The notes under the pieces: generated by a model
The model's input: the letters and a program-made list of their open reading frames with translations, nothing else
The model's database searches: none
What the model was told of the DNA's origin: nothing
Part shown: one piece after another, positions 45,442-54,990 of the stretch
Numbering within the stretch: the stretch's first letter is position 1
How the letters are laid out: every line of letters starts with the position of its first letter
Origin: Lachnospiraceae bacterium UBA1683
GTDB taxonomy: Bacteria; Bacillota; Clostridia; Lachnospirales; Lachnospiraceae
DNA length: 64,000 bases
Assembly (NCBI GenBank): GCA_002320245.1
Contig: DCKD01000044.1
Span: 5,225-69,224 of the forward strand
Direction: 5' to 3'
Made by a program: the position numbers and the translations under genes

Positions 45442-46395
45442 TTAATTTATGGACATGGAGGCCAACAAGGCAATTTTCTCATTCATGAGGTCTATGATAT
45501 GCTGGCCGAGTTTCTCAAGCCATTTGGCATCGATCTCCCAAAAGCTTTCCTTATGAAGCTGTATTTCCAGCAGCCGCTTCATCTGCCACAGGGTGTCCTG
45601 AAATGCTTCCGCCTGGTCAGAAATGCAGGTGGCTTCAATACTGCCCGGTTCCGCAGAGCGGCTGCGGCCGGTGCTTTTATCATATACACGCAGCTTTCCT
45701 TCGCTGGCGGCCTTCACATACCGTTTGGTCGCATCGTCCATCAGGAGTGTGGCAAAGTACATGGCAAGTCCAGCTTCATCAATAGTTGACGGGTAATAGC
45801 AGAAGGCCATTTCCAGAAAGTTCAGCAGCTTCTCTACAAGGTATCCCCATTCGTTTGGCTCCCACCTTAAAAGCTCCGGGTGATAAAAATCCTTGTTGTC
45901 GATCCGGCAGTGCTGTTCTTCCACATATAACGCGATGGCTTCTGCAATGAATTCTGACCACATCCAGTAGCCTTCCTGCTTTGCCCGTTCTGCTGCAAGA
46001 CCCGGATTATTGAAGCGGTGCAGGTCGTCAGAACGGCATTCATTGTGGATGGCATAATAGTGACCCAGTTCATGCCAGAGATAGTGGCAGAAATAATCAT
46101 CCGCAAGAGGTATCTTTTGCGGATCAGGTATGTATTTTTGCCAGATAAGGATGGCATCCCCAAGATCCCCATGGATCATCTCCATGATGGAAGTGTAATG
46201 CTCCTCATCAATATCCGTCTGGCGGGAACGTAATTTTGCAACGAGCATTTTCCGGGTAGGGAATACGGTCTTGTCACTGACGATATGGATTTCTGGGATA
46301 GGTATTGTGTCCATGCCGGGAAAAGGCGGCATAAATCTTTGGAAGATTGCCAGTGCTTCCGGTATCCATGCTTTTATCTGTCTCTGCGTAACCAT
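45442..46395 (-). CDS. hypothetical protein with HExxH zinc-peptidase motif
   Basis: 317 aa. YFCHYLWHELGHYYAIH contains HELGH. I can name no other family. Confidence 0.55.
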   Translation of the reverse strand: MVTQRQIKAWIPEALAIFQRFMPPFPGMDTIPIPEIHIVSDKTVFPTRKMLVAKLRSRQTDIDEEHYTSIMEMIHGDLGDAILIWQKYIPDPQKIPLADDYFCHYLWHELGHYYAIHNECRSDDLHRFNNPGLAAERAKQEGYWMWSEFIAEAIALYVEEQHCRIDNKDFYHPELLRWEPNEWGYLVEKLLNFLEMAFCYYPSTIDEAGLAMYFATLLMDDATKRYVKAASEGKLRVYDKSTGRSRSAEPGSIEATCISDQAEAFQDTLWQMKRLLEIQLHKESFWEIDAKWLEKLGQHIIDLMNEKIALLASMSIN

Positions 46396-46432
46396 GGCAG
46401 TGCTCCTTTATGTGAAGGTGATCGGTGTTTGG

Positions 46433-46825
46433 TCAGGATTGATTTTCATCCACTTCTTTTACACCGAAATATATGATAGTGTTTTCCGTCTTGCTGTAGT
46501 CATATACGACGCCGTGCATTTCATAGTCGAAATCCATGTCGCTCATGTATTTTAATACATGCGGCTGGTCGGGAGGATAGCAGTCGCAGGTACACCGGGA
46601 AAATTCTTCCATACCGGAAAGTTCGTCAATGACGGCATGGATAAGGCTGTCGGCAGCATTGTGGATATTGGAACCGTATTCAATGGCAGCCAGTTCCGGG
46701 CGGACAGGATAAGAGATGCCAGCTTTTAGGTGCGGGTCGCAGCATTTTTCCTTACGGGTGCCGCTGTGTATATCATCATCGTCAAATTCAAGGACATCTG
46801 GGAAACGGTAGATTATGTATTTCAT
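46433..46825 (-). CDS. hypothetical Cys-rich acidic protein (130 aa)
   Basis: Co-oriented with and 37 nt upstream of the HExxH gene. It carries CC and CTCDC clusters. Confidence 0.5.
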   Translation of the reverse strand: MKYIIYRFPDVLEFDDDDIHSGTRKEKCCDPHLKAGISYPVRPELAAIEYGSNIHNAADSLIHAVIDELSGMEEFSRCTCDCYPPDQPHVLKYMSDMDFDYEMHGVVYDYSKTENTIIYFGVKEVDENQS

Positions 46826-46981
46826 GCAGGTACTTCCTTTCAGTTTCCATTTTTACTAAGAAGTATACCACGTCGGCAGTAAAATGGATAGCTGTTTTGT
46901 GTATAATAAAACGGAGCAGGATGGCCACCAGCGGGAGACACAGAAAAGTGGTTTCCGCCTGAAAAAAACATAATATGAAAT

Positions 46982-47092
46982 ATAATTCAATAAAAACACA
47001 GAAATTCAAGAATGAAGACTGGTTGAAAATATTTGAATTCAAATACAAAAATATATTGACTTATAATTCAAAATATGCTATAAATAATTCAA
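46982..47092. promoter_or_regulatory. divergent promoter/operator region: 3 x ATAATTCAA, one palindrome TTTGAATTCAAA, promoter TTGACT-17-TATAAA
   Basis: 9-mers at 46982, 47063 and 47084; palindrome at 47032-47043; -35 at 47056-47061; -10 at 47079-47084. A fourth 9-mer lies at 48580-48588. Confidence 0.55.
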
Positions 47093-47111
47093 ATAAAAGG
47101 AGGATAGTTCA

Positions 47112-47975
47112 ATGGAAGAATTCGATATTCAGAGATTGATGGACAACATAAACAGCATTATTCAGCAGAAAAATATAAAGATTGGAGAGATGGAAAGTGA
47201 TATCGGAGTATCTCCCGGATATATTTCGCGCCTGACCAAAAAAGGGAACGGAGCCGCGACATCGGCAGATTTAATCTGGAAGGTAGCAAAATATCTGGGA
47301 GTCAGCGTGGACTTCCTTATGGATGGCAACGCAGCAAAAACAGCAGATAATCTCCGGTATATGCAGGGGTTTATCAATAAGCTGATGGTCCGTACTGAAT
47401 CAGCGGAACTTTGCTGGGAACCGATTACCACGAAATATGTGAATCAGATTATGGCCGGAGGGGACGGTGAGTTGTTCATAGTAAAGGAGTGTGGAAAAAC
47501 AGAACATGTGGACAATGGGAACGATCTCCCGATTATTGAAGAAAATACGTTTAGTGAGGACAACTACACATACCGGCGCGTGAAAAAAAACAGAATCTGG
47601 TCTTCGGCAGCCCCGCTGGAGTATGTATGGCTGGATGGGCCGGGATTTGTCACAAAATTGAATGAGGAAACAGAACTTTATATCTTCTCCATGGGCATTA
47701 GTTTTGGTACCGATCATGGAAATATCGAAGATACATTTTATGACGTGTACATGAGAAAATATGTAGTGGATGATTCTCCGGATGTATTAGATAACAATAT
47801 GGGTGAACCAGTTTTTTACTGGAAACTGATACCTCTCTGCAATACATTTAATAACGCATCTGCCATTAGGGAAGATATCATTGATCTGTATAACAGTGCA
47901 AGCAATCATGCCTATGATATAAAGCTGGATGCGGATGCGAAGAGTTTTATAGATGAATTCATGGGCTTAATTTAA
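47112..47975 (+). CDS. XRE-family HTH protein with about 200-aa C-terminal domain of unknown function (repressor-like)
   Basis: IKIGEMESDIGVSPGYISRLTKKGNGAATSADLIWKVAKYLGVSVDFLMDG. AAAGGAGG RBS. Confidence 0.75.
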   Translation: MEEFDIQRLMDNINSIIQQKNIKIGEMESDIGVSPGYISRLTKKGNGAATSADLIWKVAKYLGVSVDFLMDGNAAKTADNLRYMQGFINKLMVRTESAELCWEPITTKYVNQIMAGGDGELFIVKECGKTEHVDNGNDLPIIEENTFSEDNYTYRRVKKNRIWSSAAPLEYVWLDGPGFVTKLNEETELYIFSMGISFGTDHGNIEDTFYDVYMRKYVVDDSPDVLDNNMGEPVFYWKLIPLCNTFNNASAIREDIIDLYNSASNHAYDIKLDADAKSFIDEFMGLI

Positions 47976-47987
47976 GGAGGGCATCGG

Positions 47988-48191
47988 ATGAATTACAAGA
48001 GCAACATGGCAAAGTCGCCAAATGGTGCGACCCTTGGGGAGCGGATCACGATAAGGGGCGGCTATGGGCTCCATTACAAAGCAGGGAAAAAGCAGGATGA
48101 CCTTACTGTGGAACAATTAGTAGAATGCGTTTCTGGGAGAAAAGTGAAAGAAATCATATATTTCCCACAGTCAGAACATTCTTTGAAATGA
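47988..48191 (+). CDS. small hypothetical protein
   Basis: 67 aa, with AGGAGGG upstream. Confidence 0.45.
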   Translation: MNYKSNMAKSPNGATLGERITIRGGYGLHYKAGKKQDDLTVEQLVECVSGRKVKEIIYFPQSEHSLK

Positions 48192-48896
48192 GACCAGGAT
48201 GGTAACGCAGGATAAGGAACTGCAAAGAAAGCGAAAGATATGGACTGCACGAGTTTTGTCAATTGTGAGCACGGCCGGAGCAGGATGGACGCGGGACTTA
48301 TTGGCCTTATAGAATCCATCTGCCCTGGCCGTTTTTGCTGTTATAAGTATGCGTAAGATGGTATTTGCTGTAGCAGCGAATTAATATCGGCGGCATTTGA
48401 TAGAGGAATATAATATCAAAAAAGCATCACGGGGGCAGAAAAATAGACAAAATATACCAGAAATCAATGTGTAACTCTTGCAAAATCTGCCAATTTGTGA
48501 TAATATGAAATACTCACATGAGATGTGTGAGGTTTGATATCCAATTATACATAAGATTAACAATGAACCTGTTTTATTTATAATTCAAAAGATGATGGGA
48601 AAATATGAGGTGATGAAAGCAGTTTAGAATTTTAGAATAGCAAAAGTTACATATTTAATGGTTTAGCAAAAATACTCTAGTTGATTATTTAAAACGAAAA
48701 ATCTTGGTAGGACTGTAAATTAAATCAACGGTAGAAGTGCGCAAATCTTTATGTAACCTTTGCTTTTTTGATATAAAAAATATGGCTGGGGCAAATAGAG
48801 AGTTGGGCTGCATTTAATAAGACCTGTGCAGAACGCAGAACCTATTTGCCTCAGCTTTTTTTATACGGAAAAGCCTCCATTAGCAAGAAGGAGGTG

Positions 48897-49331
48897 ATGG
48901 TGTTGAAACAGGAATGGGTATCAGACCTGGAAGCAACCGGACAAAAACTAAAGACACTCAGAAAACGGGCCGGCCTGACACAGGAGCAGCTGGCAGAGCG
49001 GGTGGGCGGCACCTGTACAAACACCGTCATCTCACGTTATGAACGTGGCAATACTGAGATGGGAATCCAGACGATGTACGATTTAGCGGAGGCATTGGGA
49101 GTGCCGCCGTCAGAGCTGATCCCGGACCGGCTGCTACATAATAACGATGGCATTCATAATGACAATAACACTTATAAAGCTTCAGGGAATAAATCTTTGG
49201 GGCAGCAACAGGCCGGCACAGCTGATATTCATTCCCTTTACAGCCAGCTGGATGGGCCGAATAAGAAAATGATAGATGAAATGATAAGTCTGATGCTTTT
49301 TAAACAGAAGCATACAGAACGGTTAGCATGA
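48897..49331 (+). CDS. XRE-family HTH protein (Cro/CI-like)
   Basis: GQKLKTLRKRAGLTQEQLAERVGGTCTNTVISRYERGNTEMGIQTMYDLAEALGV. AGGAGG lies before the ATG at 48897. Confidence 0.8.
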   Translation: MVLKQEWVSDLEATGQKLKTLRKRAGLTQEQLAERVGGTCTNTVISRYERGNTEMGIQTMYDLAEALGVPPSELIPDRLLHNNDGIHNDNNTYKASGNKSLGQQQAGTADIHSLYSQLDGPNKKMIDEMISLMLFKQKHTERLA

Positions 49332-49380
49332 ACCGTGTGGATTAAGAAAAACAGGAAAATCCGCACGGTTTATTTTTTTT
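49331..49380 (+). terminator. rho-independent terminator
   Basis: AACCGTGTGG...CCGCACGGTT (one G-U pair) followed by TATTTTTTTT. Confidence 0.65.
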
Positions 49381-49914
49381 GTCTTTTTTCAGAGCAGTTT
49401 TTCTATTTTCCTATCTAATCTGCACTTTGCTTCAGATTGTTGAAAGTTTCCTTTTTTATTGATTTGAGTGAACATGAAAATGATTTTTTAAAATTGGACT
49501 TATTTGTCTATTTTTGAACCGGGATTGGACTTTTGCGTTGAGGTAATGTCTGCGTGTTCTTGTTAGAATATTTCCAGAGCAGGGGAGCGGACAAGTCCTA
49601 AAGCCGGGTAACCTGAATGGGGTAAATGCTTCCCGCTTAATAAAATATCGAATGCCTGACTAGTAAATGCATAAGGGCAAAGGTTCTCATACAGCTTTTT
49701 ACTTCTGCCATCGGCTTGGAAATAAGCCGCCGGCACGAGGAGAGGGTGTATAGGAGTATACCGCAGAACCCTTGTGCCTTTTTAGCCAGGTTGTGTCAGC
49801 CGCTGTGTACTCCGAAAGAGTGACATGGCGTTTTTTTCGTTATGGAACTTCCGCCCCATGGATCTTCATGAGCGCCTTTGCCCAGACCGCATTCCAGGCG
49901 GAAAGGACAAGACC

Positions 49915-50619
49915 ATGAAGGATGAAAGAATTATCGTAACTGAGGAAACCACATTAAATAAGCTGCTGGAGATGATTGGACAGGCTGAGAAAGCGGCAAA
50001 GACCCCAACTGCTAAGAGCCTGCGTGAAAACGCGGGAGCGCCAATCGCGGAGACGGAGACTGGAGACTGCAAGGTATACAGAAATGGTTATGCGGTCTAT
50101 GCCAACGGTACCGGAACCGCGGTCCTCTGGCTGGCAGACTGCAGCTCTTTTACTTACCGCTTTGCACAGCTTGGTGACAGGGAAAAGGAGTACATGGCTG
50201 ATACGGATACTCTGGATGAGTCTTTCTTTGGGGTGCAGCCGTGGTTCATGGCAGTGATGGTCAGAGGCGGGCACCAGGTAGAGAAAAACAGCATGAACCG
50301 CCAGTTTGACCGTAAAGGGGCCAAAAAGGATTTGTGGGATGAAGATGAAACGGAGGAAAAGAGAGAGCAGAGTTGGAATTCTGGATGCCATTGTGAAAGC
50401 CCGGAGTGTGTTTATATCAGGAAAGAGACGATGAGGGAACAGCTTAGGAAACTGACCGACAAGCAGAGGGAGGTATTCATCCTTTACCATGGGTATGGAT
50501 ATAAGCAGCATGAAATAGCAGAAATGCTGGGCATTACACAGAAGGCCGTTGATTTCCGTTTAAATAGTGCTGAAAGAAAGGTCCGGATATCGGCAATTTG
50601 CTTTTCAAAACTTTTTTGA
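49915..50619 (+). CDS. phage-type sigma-70 region-4-like regulator
   Basis: C-terminus LTDKQREVFILYHGYGYKQHEIAEMLGITQKAVDFRLNSAERKV. The start was taken at MKDERI. Confidence 0.65.
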   Translation: MKDERIIVTEETTLNKLLEMIGQAEKAAKTPTAKSLRENAGAPIAETETGDCKVYRNGYAVYANGTGTAVLWLADCSSFTYRFAQLGDREKEYMADTDTLDESFFGVQPWFMAVMVRGGHQVEKNSMNRQFDRKGAKKDLWDEDETEEKREQSWNSGCHCESPECVYIRKETMREQLRKLTDKQREVFILYHGYGYKQHEIAEMLGITQKAVDFRLNSAERKVRISAICFSKLF

Positions 50620-50831
50620 GAAATTTTGCAGAGATACTACTTAAACAGCTTCTCCCGCGACTATTTATGAGAGGAACTTTTCAGGAAGCCCACAGAGAAA
50701 CCTCCCAAAAATCTGTGAGAGGAGGATAAACCCATGAAGGTAATTTAAGCATTGGCACTGTAAATCCATAATACAACAAATCTGCCGCTTTCCTATTTCG
50801 GGAGGGCGGCAGCCATGAGAAGGAGGCCAAT

Positions 50832-51413
50832 ATGAACAAAAATAAATGCGAGGCGTGCAAAGAACGTAAGGAGCGTATCTATATCTGTTCCCCGCTGCGG
50901 CCAAAAGCACAGGAACCAGAGAGGGCAGAAATAGAGCTGAAGGACAACCTTGAAAGGGCAAAGACAGCCTGCAGGCTGGTGGCGAAACTCGGAGCCGTTC
51001 CGCTCTGCAGCCATCTTTTCTGCACACAGTTTCTGGATGATGAGGTTGCGGATGAGAGGAAGATTGGAAGGCGCATCGGCCTGGAACTGCTGAAGGATGC
51101 GGATGAACTGTGGTGCTTTTCTGAATATATCTCCGAGGGGATGATGGAAGAAATCGCGCTGGCATCGAAGCTGGGAATCCCGGTGAGAACCATTGGGGAA
51201 TCGGCAGGGCTGCTGGGGAAGATGTCCGGCAAAAAATGCTGTAAACAGCAGGAACCGTGCGGGGCTGAAGGCACAAAGGATGCGGATATTGAGACCGGGA
51301 TTCCCCTTTGCGATGTTCAGGATGCAATGGAGGCGGTTAAGAAACTGCTGGAAGTCATTTTTGGTGATGGAATGACCGGAACAGATAAGAAGGGGGAAAA
51401 AGGCAATGAGTAA
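50832..51413 (+). CDS. hypothetical protein, possibly DUF4406 / nucleoside-deoxyribosyltransferase-like fold
   Basis: RIYICSPLRP...CSHLFCTQFLDD...DELWCFSEYISEGMMEEIALASKLGIPV. The family call is from memory only. Confidence 0.35.
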   Translation: MNKNKCEACKERKERIYICSPLRPKAQEPERAEIELKDNLERAKTACRLVAKLGAVPLCSHLFCTQFLDDEVADERKIGRRIGLELLKDADELWCFSEYISEGMMEEIALASKLGIPVRTIGESAGLLGKMSGKKCCKQQEPCGAEGTKDADIETGIPLCDVQDAMEAVKKLLEVIFGDGMTGTDKKGEKGNE

Positions 51414-51537
51414 GAAATGCAGGGCACAGCACAGCGGACCACACCGCCGTCATGGTGACCGGAATGTGCAGACACGCTATTCTGGCAAATGCAGGGGGCA
51501 GGAAATTACAAAAAATAATGTCCAGGAGGAAAGCAGG

Positions 51538-51729
51538 ATGGAGGATGAAAAGAAAAAGGAAGGTAACAAGAAGGATTTTGTGCCGGTTATTATCCCGGAA
51601 ATCAAGGTGAAAATCCATGAGCTGCATATCCACATGGATGAGCGTATGGATACCGTGAATTTTAATGGGGACTGTGAGGTATCCATTGCGGATGAAGAGG
51701 AGGAAGCATATGGCGAAGAAGACAGATGA
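51538..51729 (+). CDS. small hypothetical acidic protein
   Basis: AGGAGGA RBS before MEDEKKKEG. The longer track ORF from 51406 is possible. Confidence 0.4.
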   Translation: MEDEKKKEGNKKDFVPVIIPEIKVKIHELHIHMDERMDTVNFNGDCEVSIADEEEEAYGEEDR

Positions 51730-52192
51730 CAAACGGAAAACTATTCTGGTTCCGGTAGATGCGTCAAAACTCAGCCAGGGACTGAAGGCTGCTTTCATGG
51801 GCATTGCAATGGTCTTTGACAGCATCGGGGCCGGAGAAGCTGCCCTGGAATTGAAAGCTGCGGCAGAAGAGGTTTCCGGTTCCACAGATGAAGCTGAAAC
51901 CAGACAGGGGGATACTGGCGAAGCGGATATTGTAGAAAGCACAGGGAGTGCTGAAAATGATCTGGGAAATAAACAGGAGTATGGCGCAGAAGATGCTTCT
52001 AAGGACAAACAGGAAAACGTATCCGCCGTTACGGTGGATGACATCACAAAGGTCATCGTAGCGAAGATCAAGCAGAAACGCAGCAACAACGAAAAGATCG
52101 GGCAGCTTTTAAAGACCTACGGCGTGGACAAGGTCAGCAGCCTTCCTGCTGAAAAGTATGAGGCATTCCTAACGGATATCTCCCAGCTTTAA
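51710..52192 (+). CDS. hypothetical acidic phage protein
   Basis: MAKKTDDKRKTILVPVD..., with a low-complexity acidic middle. It lies in the operon frame. Confidence 0.5.
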   Translation: MAKKTDDKRKTILVPVDASKLSQGLKAAFMGIAMVFDSIGAGEAALELKAAAEEVSGSTDEAETRQGDTGEADIVESTGSAENDLGNKQEYGAEDASKDKQENVSAVTVDDITKVIVAKIKQKRSNNEKIGQLLKTYGVDKVSSLPAEKYEAFLTDISQL

Positions 52193-52915
52193 ATGGAGCC
52201 GGCCGGAGTGGATGGCAATGATGCTGCTATGCAAATTCCGCTGACATGTGGGAAGGTAGCCTTAATAGACGCAGTGGATTACCCAAAAATCTGTGGATAT
52301 AAATGGCGTTTTCATAGCGGATATGCGCGGGCTTTTAAATATAATCCATCCACTCAAAAGAACGATGCCATACACATGAGCCATATGATCATGCCGTGTC
52401 CGCCAGGAATGGAGGTAGACCATATCAATAGGGATAGGCTGGATAACCGTAAATGTAATCTCAGAGTGGTAACACGTTCACAGAATTGCGCCAACAGAGG
52501 TTCTTTCAAAAACTCAGTCTCGCAGTATAAAGGGGTCCATTGGAATAAGAAGATGGAACTGTGGGAAGCGGCGATAAGGAAGGATGGTATCCAGATAGCA
52601 ATCGGTGCGTTTAACGACGAGGTTGCTGCTGCAAGCGCATATAACGATTATGCCAGAAGGATGTGGGGAGAATATGCAGTCCTTAATGATATAGAAGAGG
52701 TGGATTATAAGAGAATGCGCCATTTAAAGCCTGAAAATTCAAGATCCAGATTTCGTGGGGTAACGATGCACAGATGTGGAAAGTGGACAGCGAGACTGAC
52801 CATAAACGGAAAGAGGAAAACGCTCGGATATTTCACCACGGAAGAGGACGCGGCAAGAGCATATAACAGGGCTTATGAAGAATACACAGGCAGGGAGGGA
52901 CCAAATGTAATATGA
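52193..52915 (+). CDS. HNH endonuclease with two AP2-type DNA-binding domains
   Basis: EVDHINRDRLDNRKCNLR (HNH), then YKGVHWNKKMELWEAAI...AAASAYNDYA and FRGVTMHRCGKWTARL...EDAARAYNRAYEEY (AP2). Confidence 0.8.
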   Translation: MEPAGVDGNDAAMQIPLTCGKVALIDAVDYPKICGYKWRFHSGYARAFKYNPSTQKNDAIHMSHMIMPCPPGMEVDHINRDRLDNRKCNLRVVTRSQNCANRGSFKNSVSQYKGVHWNKKMELWEAAIRKDGIQIAIGAFNDEVAAASAYNDYARRMWGEYAVLNDIEEVDYKRMRHLKPENSRSRFRGVTMHRCGKWTARLTINGKRKTLGYFTTEEDAARAYNRAYEEYTGREGPNVI

Positions 52916-54207
52916 GTAAGAAAGAAGTAAAACCAGTCAGGACACAGGACTTTGCAGGACACAGGCGGGACGGCCCCGTGCTGGACCATGCATCGCGGAA
53001 ACATGCCCTGCTCACAGCATCCGGATCAGAGAGGTGGAGGCACTGCACACCATCCGCCCGGCTGGAAGACCAGTTTCCAAATGAATCATCCGTCTATGCT
53101 GAGGAAGGGACAGCGGTACACGAGTATTGTGAGTACCTTGTCAGAAAGGAGCTTCACGAGCGGGTCCAGATGCCGCAGTCAGATTTCTATACGGAAGAAG
53201 TTCTGGGATATGCGGAAATTTACAGGCAGTTTGTCATGGAGCAGGTTGAAAAACTGAAACGGGAGGGCCTGAACCCTATGGTCCTGGTGGAGGAGCGGCT
53301 TGACTTCTCTAATATCGTGCCGGAAGGATTCGGTACAGGGGACTGCCTGATTGCTGCGGAAGGTAAACTGCACGTTATTGATTACAAGAACGGCTATCAT
53401 CATGTGGATGCGGAAAGGAACAGCCAGCTGATGCTATATGGCTGCGGGGCATTAAATGCTTATGACTATGTCTTTGATGTAGAGGAAGTTTCCATGACGA
53501 TTGTGCAGCCGAGGATAGAAAATATCTCCACATTCACTTGCAGCAAAGAAGAACTGCTGGCATGGGGAGAAGAGCTGAAACCCATTGCGAAAATGGCTTT
53601 TGAGGGAAAAGGAGAACAGAATCCGGGGGAATGGTGCCATTACTGCAGGGCAAAACATGTCTGCAGGGCTTGTATGGACGCAGCGTTATCGCTTGCCAGG
53701 GAAGAGTTTTTCAATCTGGATGACGGCATCCTGGCTGATACAGCGGAAGAAACAGATGTCACAGCACCTTATAATCCGGATGAATCCGCACCCGTATTTA
53801 AAGCGCCGGGGCTGGTGAGTTTCCCGGAACTGGTAGCGGTCCTGCCAACCCTGAACCGTATCTCGTCCTGGATAGAGTCTGTTTTTGCTTTTATATCCGG
53901 GGAGGCGATCAACCATGGTGTGGCGGTGGACGGTTATAAAGTGGTGGAAGGCAGGAGCAAGCGGGTATTTACTGACACAAAAGCAGTCATAAAAGCCGCG
54001 GAGGAACAGGGTTATACGGATATCTATAAGCAGGAACTTCTGACACTTACGGAGTTTGAGAAGATGATGGGCAGGAAGAAGTTTGCACAGATCCTTGGAA
54101 AGTATGTGGCCAAGCCTTCTGGAAAGCTGGCACTTGTTCCGGAGAGCGACCCAAGGCCGGCAGTGGACGTGAGCAGTGCCGGGGATGAATTTGAAGCACT
54201 GGAATAG
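52912..54207 (+). CDS. DUF2800-family protein (PD-(D/E)XK / Cas4-like nuclease with C-terminal Cys cluster)
   Basis: SGSERWRHCTPSARL..., DYKNGYH, CHYCRAKHVCRAC. This is the usual partner of DUF2815 and PolA in phage replication modules. Confidence 0.7.
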   Translation: MSKKEVKPVRTQDFAGHRRDGPVLDHASRKHALLTASGSERWRHCTPSARLEDQFPNESSVYAEEGTAVHEYCEYLVRKELHERVQMPQSDFYTEEVLGYAEIYRQFVMEQVEKLKREGLNPMVLVEERLDFSNIVPEGFGTGDCLIAAEGKLHVIDYKNGYHHVDAERNSQLMLYGCGALNAYDYVFDVEEVSMTIVQPRIENISTFTCSKEELLAWGEELKPIAKMAFEGKGEQNPGEWCHYCRAKHVCRACMDAALSLAREEFFNLDDGILADTAEETDVTAPYNPDESAPVFKAPGLVSFPELVAVLPTLNRISSWIESVFAFISGEAINHGVAVDGYKVVEGRSKRVFTDTKAVIKAAEEQGYTDIYKQELLTLTEFEKMMGRKKFAQILGKYVAKPSGKLALVPESDPRPAVDVSSAGDEFEALE

Positions 54208-54328
54208 TGGGTTCCAGTCCGTACACCAAAGACACACAAATAATCCAGGGCGCATAGACGGCGCATATTTATTCGCCGATCCTGTGCGTCCTTTTATAAC
54301 AGAAAAATGATTATGGAGGGAAACATTT

Positions 54329-54910
54329 ATGGCAAACCAGAAGAATTTCAGCGCAACAAAAGTAATCATCCCGTGCCGCATTTCCTTTGCGAACATCTGG
54401 GAAGCGAAATCAATTAATGGAGGGGAAGAAAAGTATTCCGTATCCTGCGTGATTCCAAAGTCGGATAAGAAGACCATCGCTAAGATCCAGAAAGCGGTGG
54501 AGGCGGCGAAGGAGGACGGGAAGATCCGCAAATGGAGCGGCAAGATCCCGCCGAACCTGAAACTTCCGCTCCGTGACGGTGATATTGACCGCCCGGATGA
54601 TGAGAATTATCAGGACTGCTATTTCCTCAATGCTACCAGCAAGGATGCCCCGCAGGTGGTTGACCGCAGGGTGCAGCCGGTCACAGACCCGATGATGGTG
54701 TATTCCGGCTGTTACTGCAACGTATCCGTAAATTTCTACGCATTCAATGCGAACGGAAACCGCGGCGTTGCGGCGGGGCTTGGGAATATCCAGTTTGTGA
54801 AAGATGGGGAACGCCTGTCAGGGAAGGCTTCAGCGGATGCGGACTTTGATGCTTTGGAGGATGACGGCGGGGATGTCCTTGGGGATGACACGCCGGATTA
54901 CCTGAGCTGA
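54329..54910 (+). CDS. DUF2815-family protein (phage ssDNA-binding-like)
   Basis: ATKVIIPCRISFANIWEAKSINGGEEKYS... and an acidic C-terminal tail. Confidence 0.7.
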   Translation: MANQKNFSATKVIIPCRISFANIWEAKSINGGEEKYSVSCVIPKSDKKTIAKIQKAVEAAKEDGKIRKWSGKIPPNLKLPLRDGDIDRPDDENYQDCYFLNATSKDAPQVVDRRVQPVTDPMMVYSGCYCNVSVNFYAFNANGNRGVAAGLGNIQFVKDGERLSGKASADADFDALEDDGGDVLGDDTPDYLS

Positions 54911-54990
54911 CCCTCTGATGAGACAGATGGGACACATGGGAGGGCGGGAGGAATCCTTCTCTCCCTTTTTACATGCGGCGGAGGTGGATA

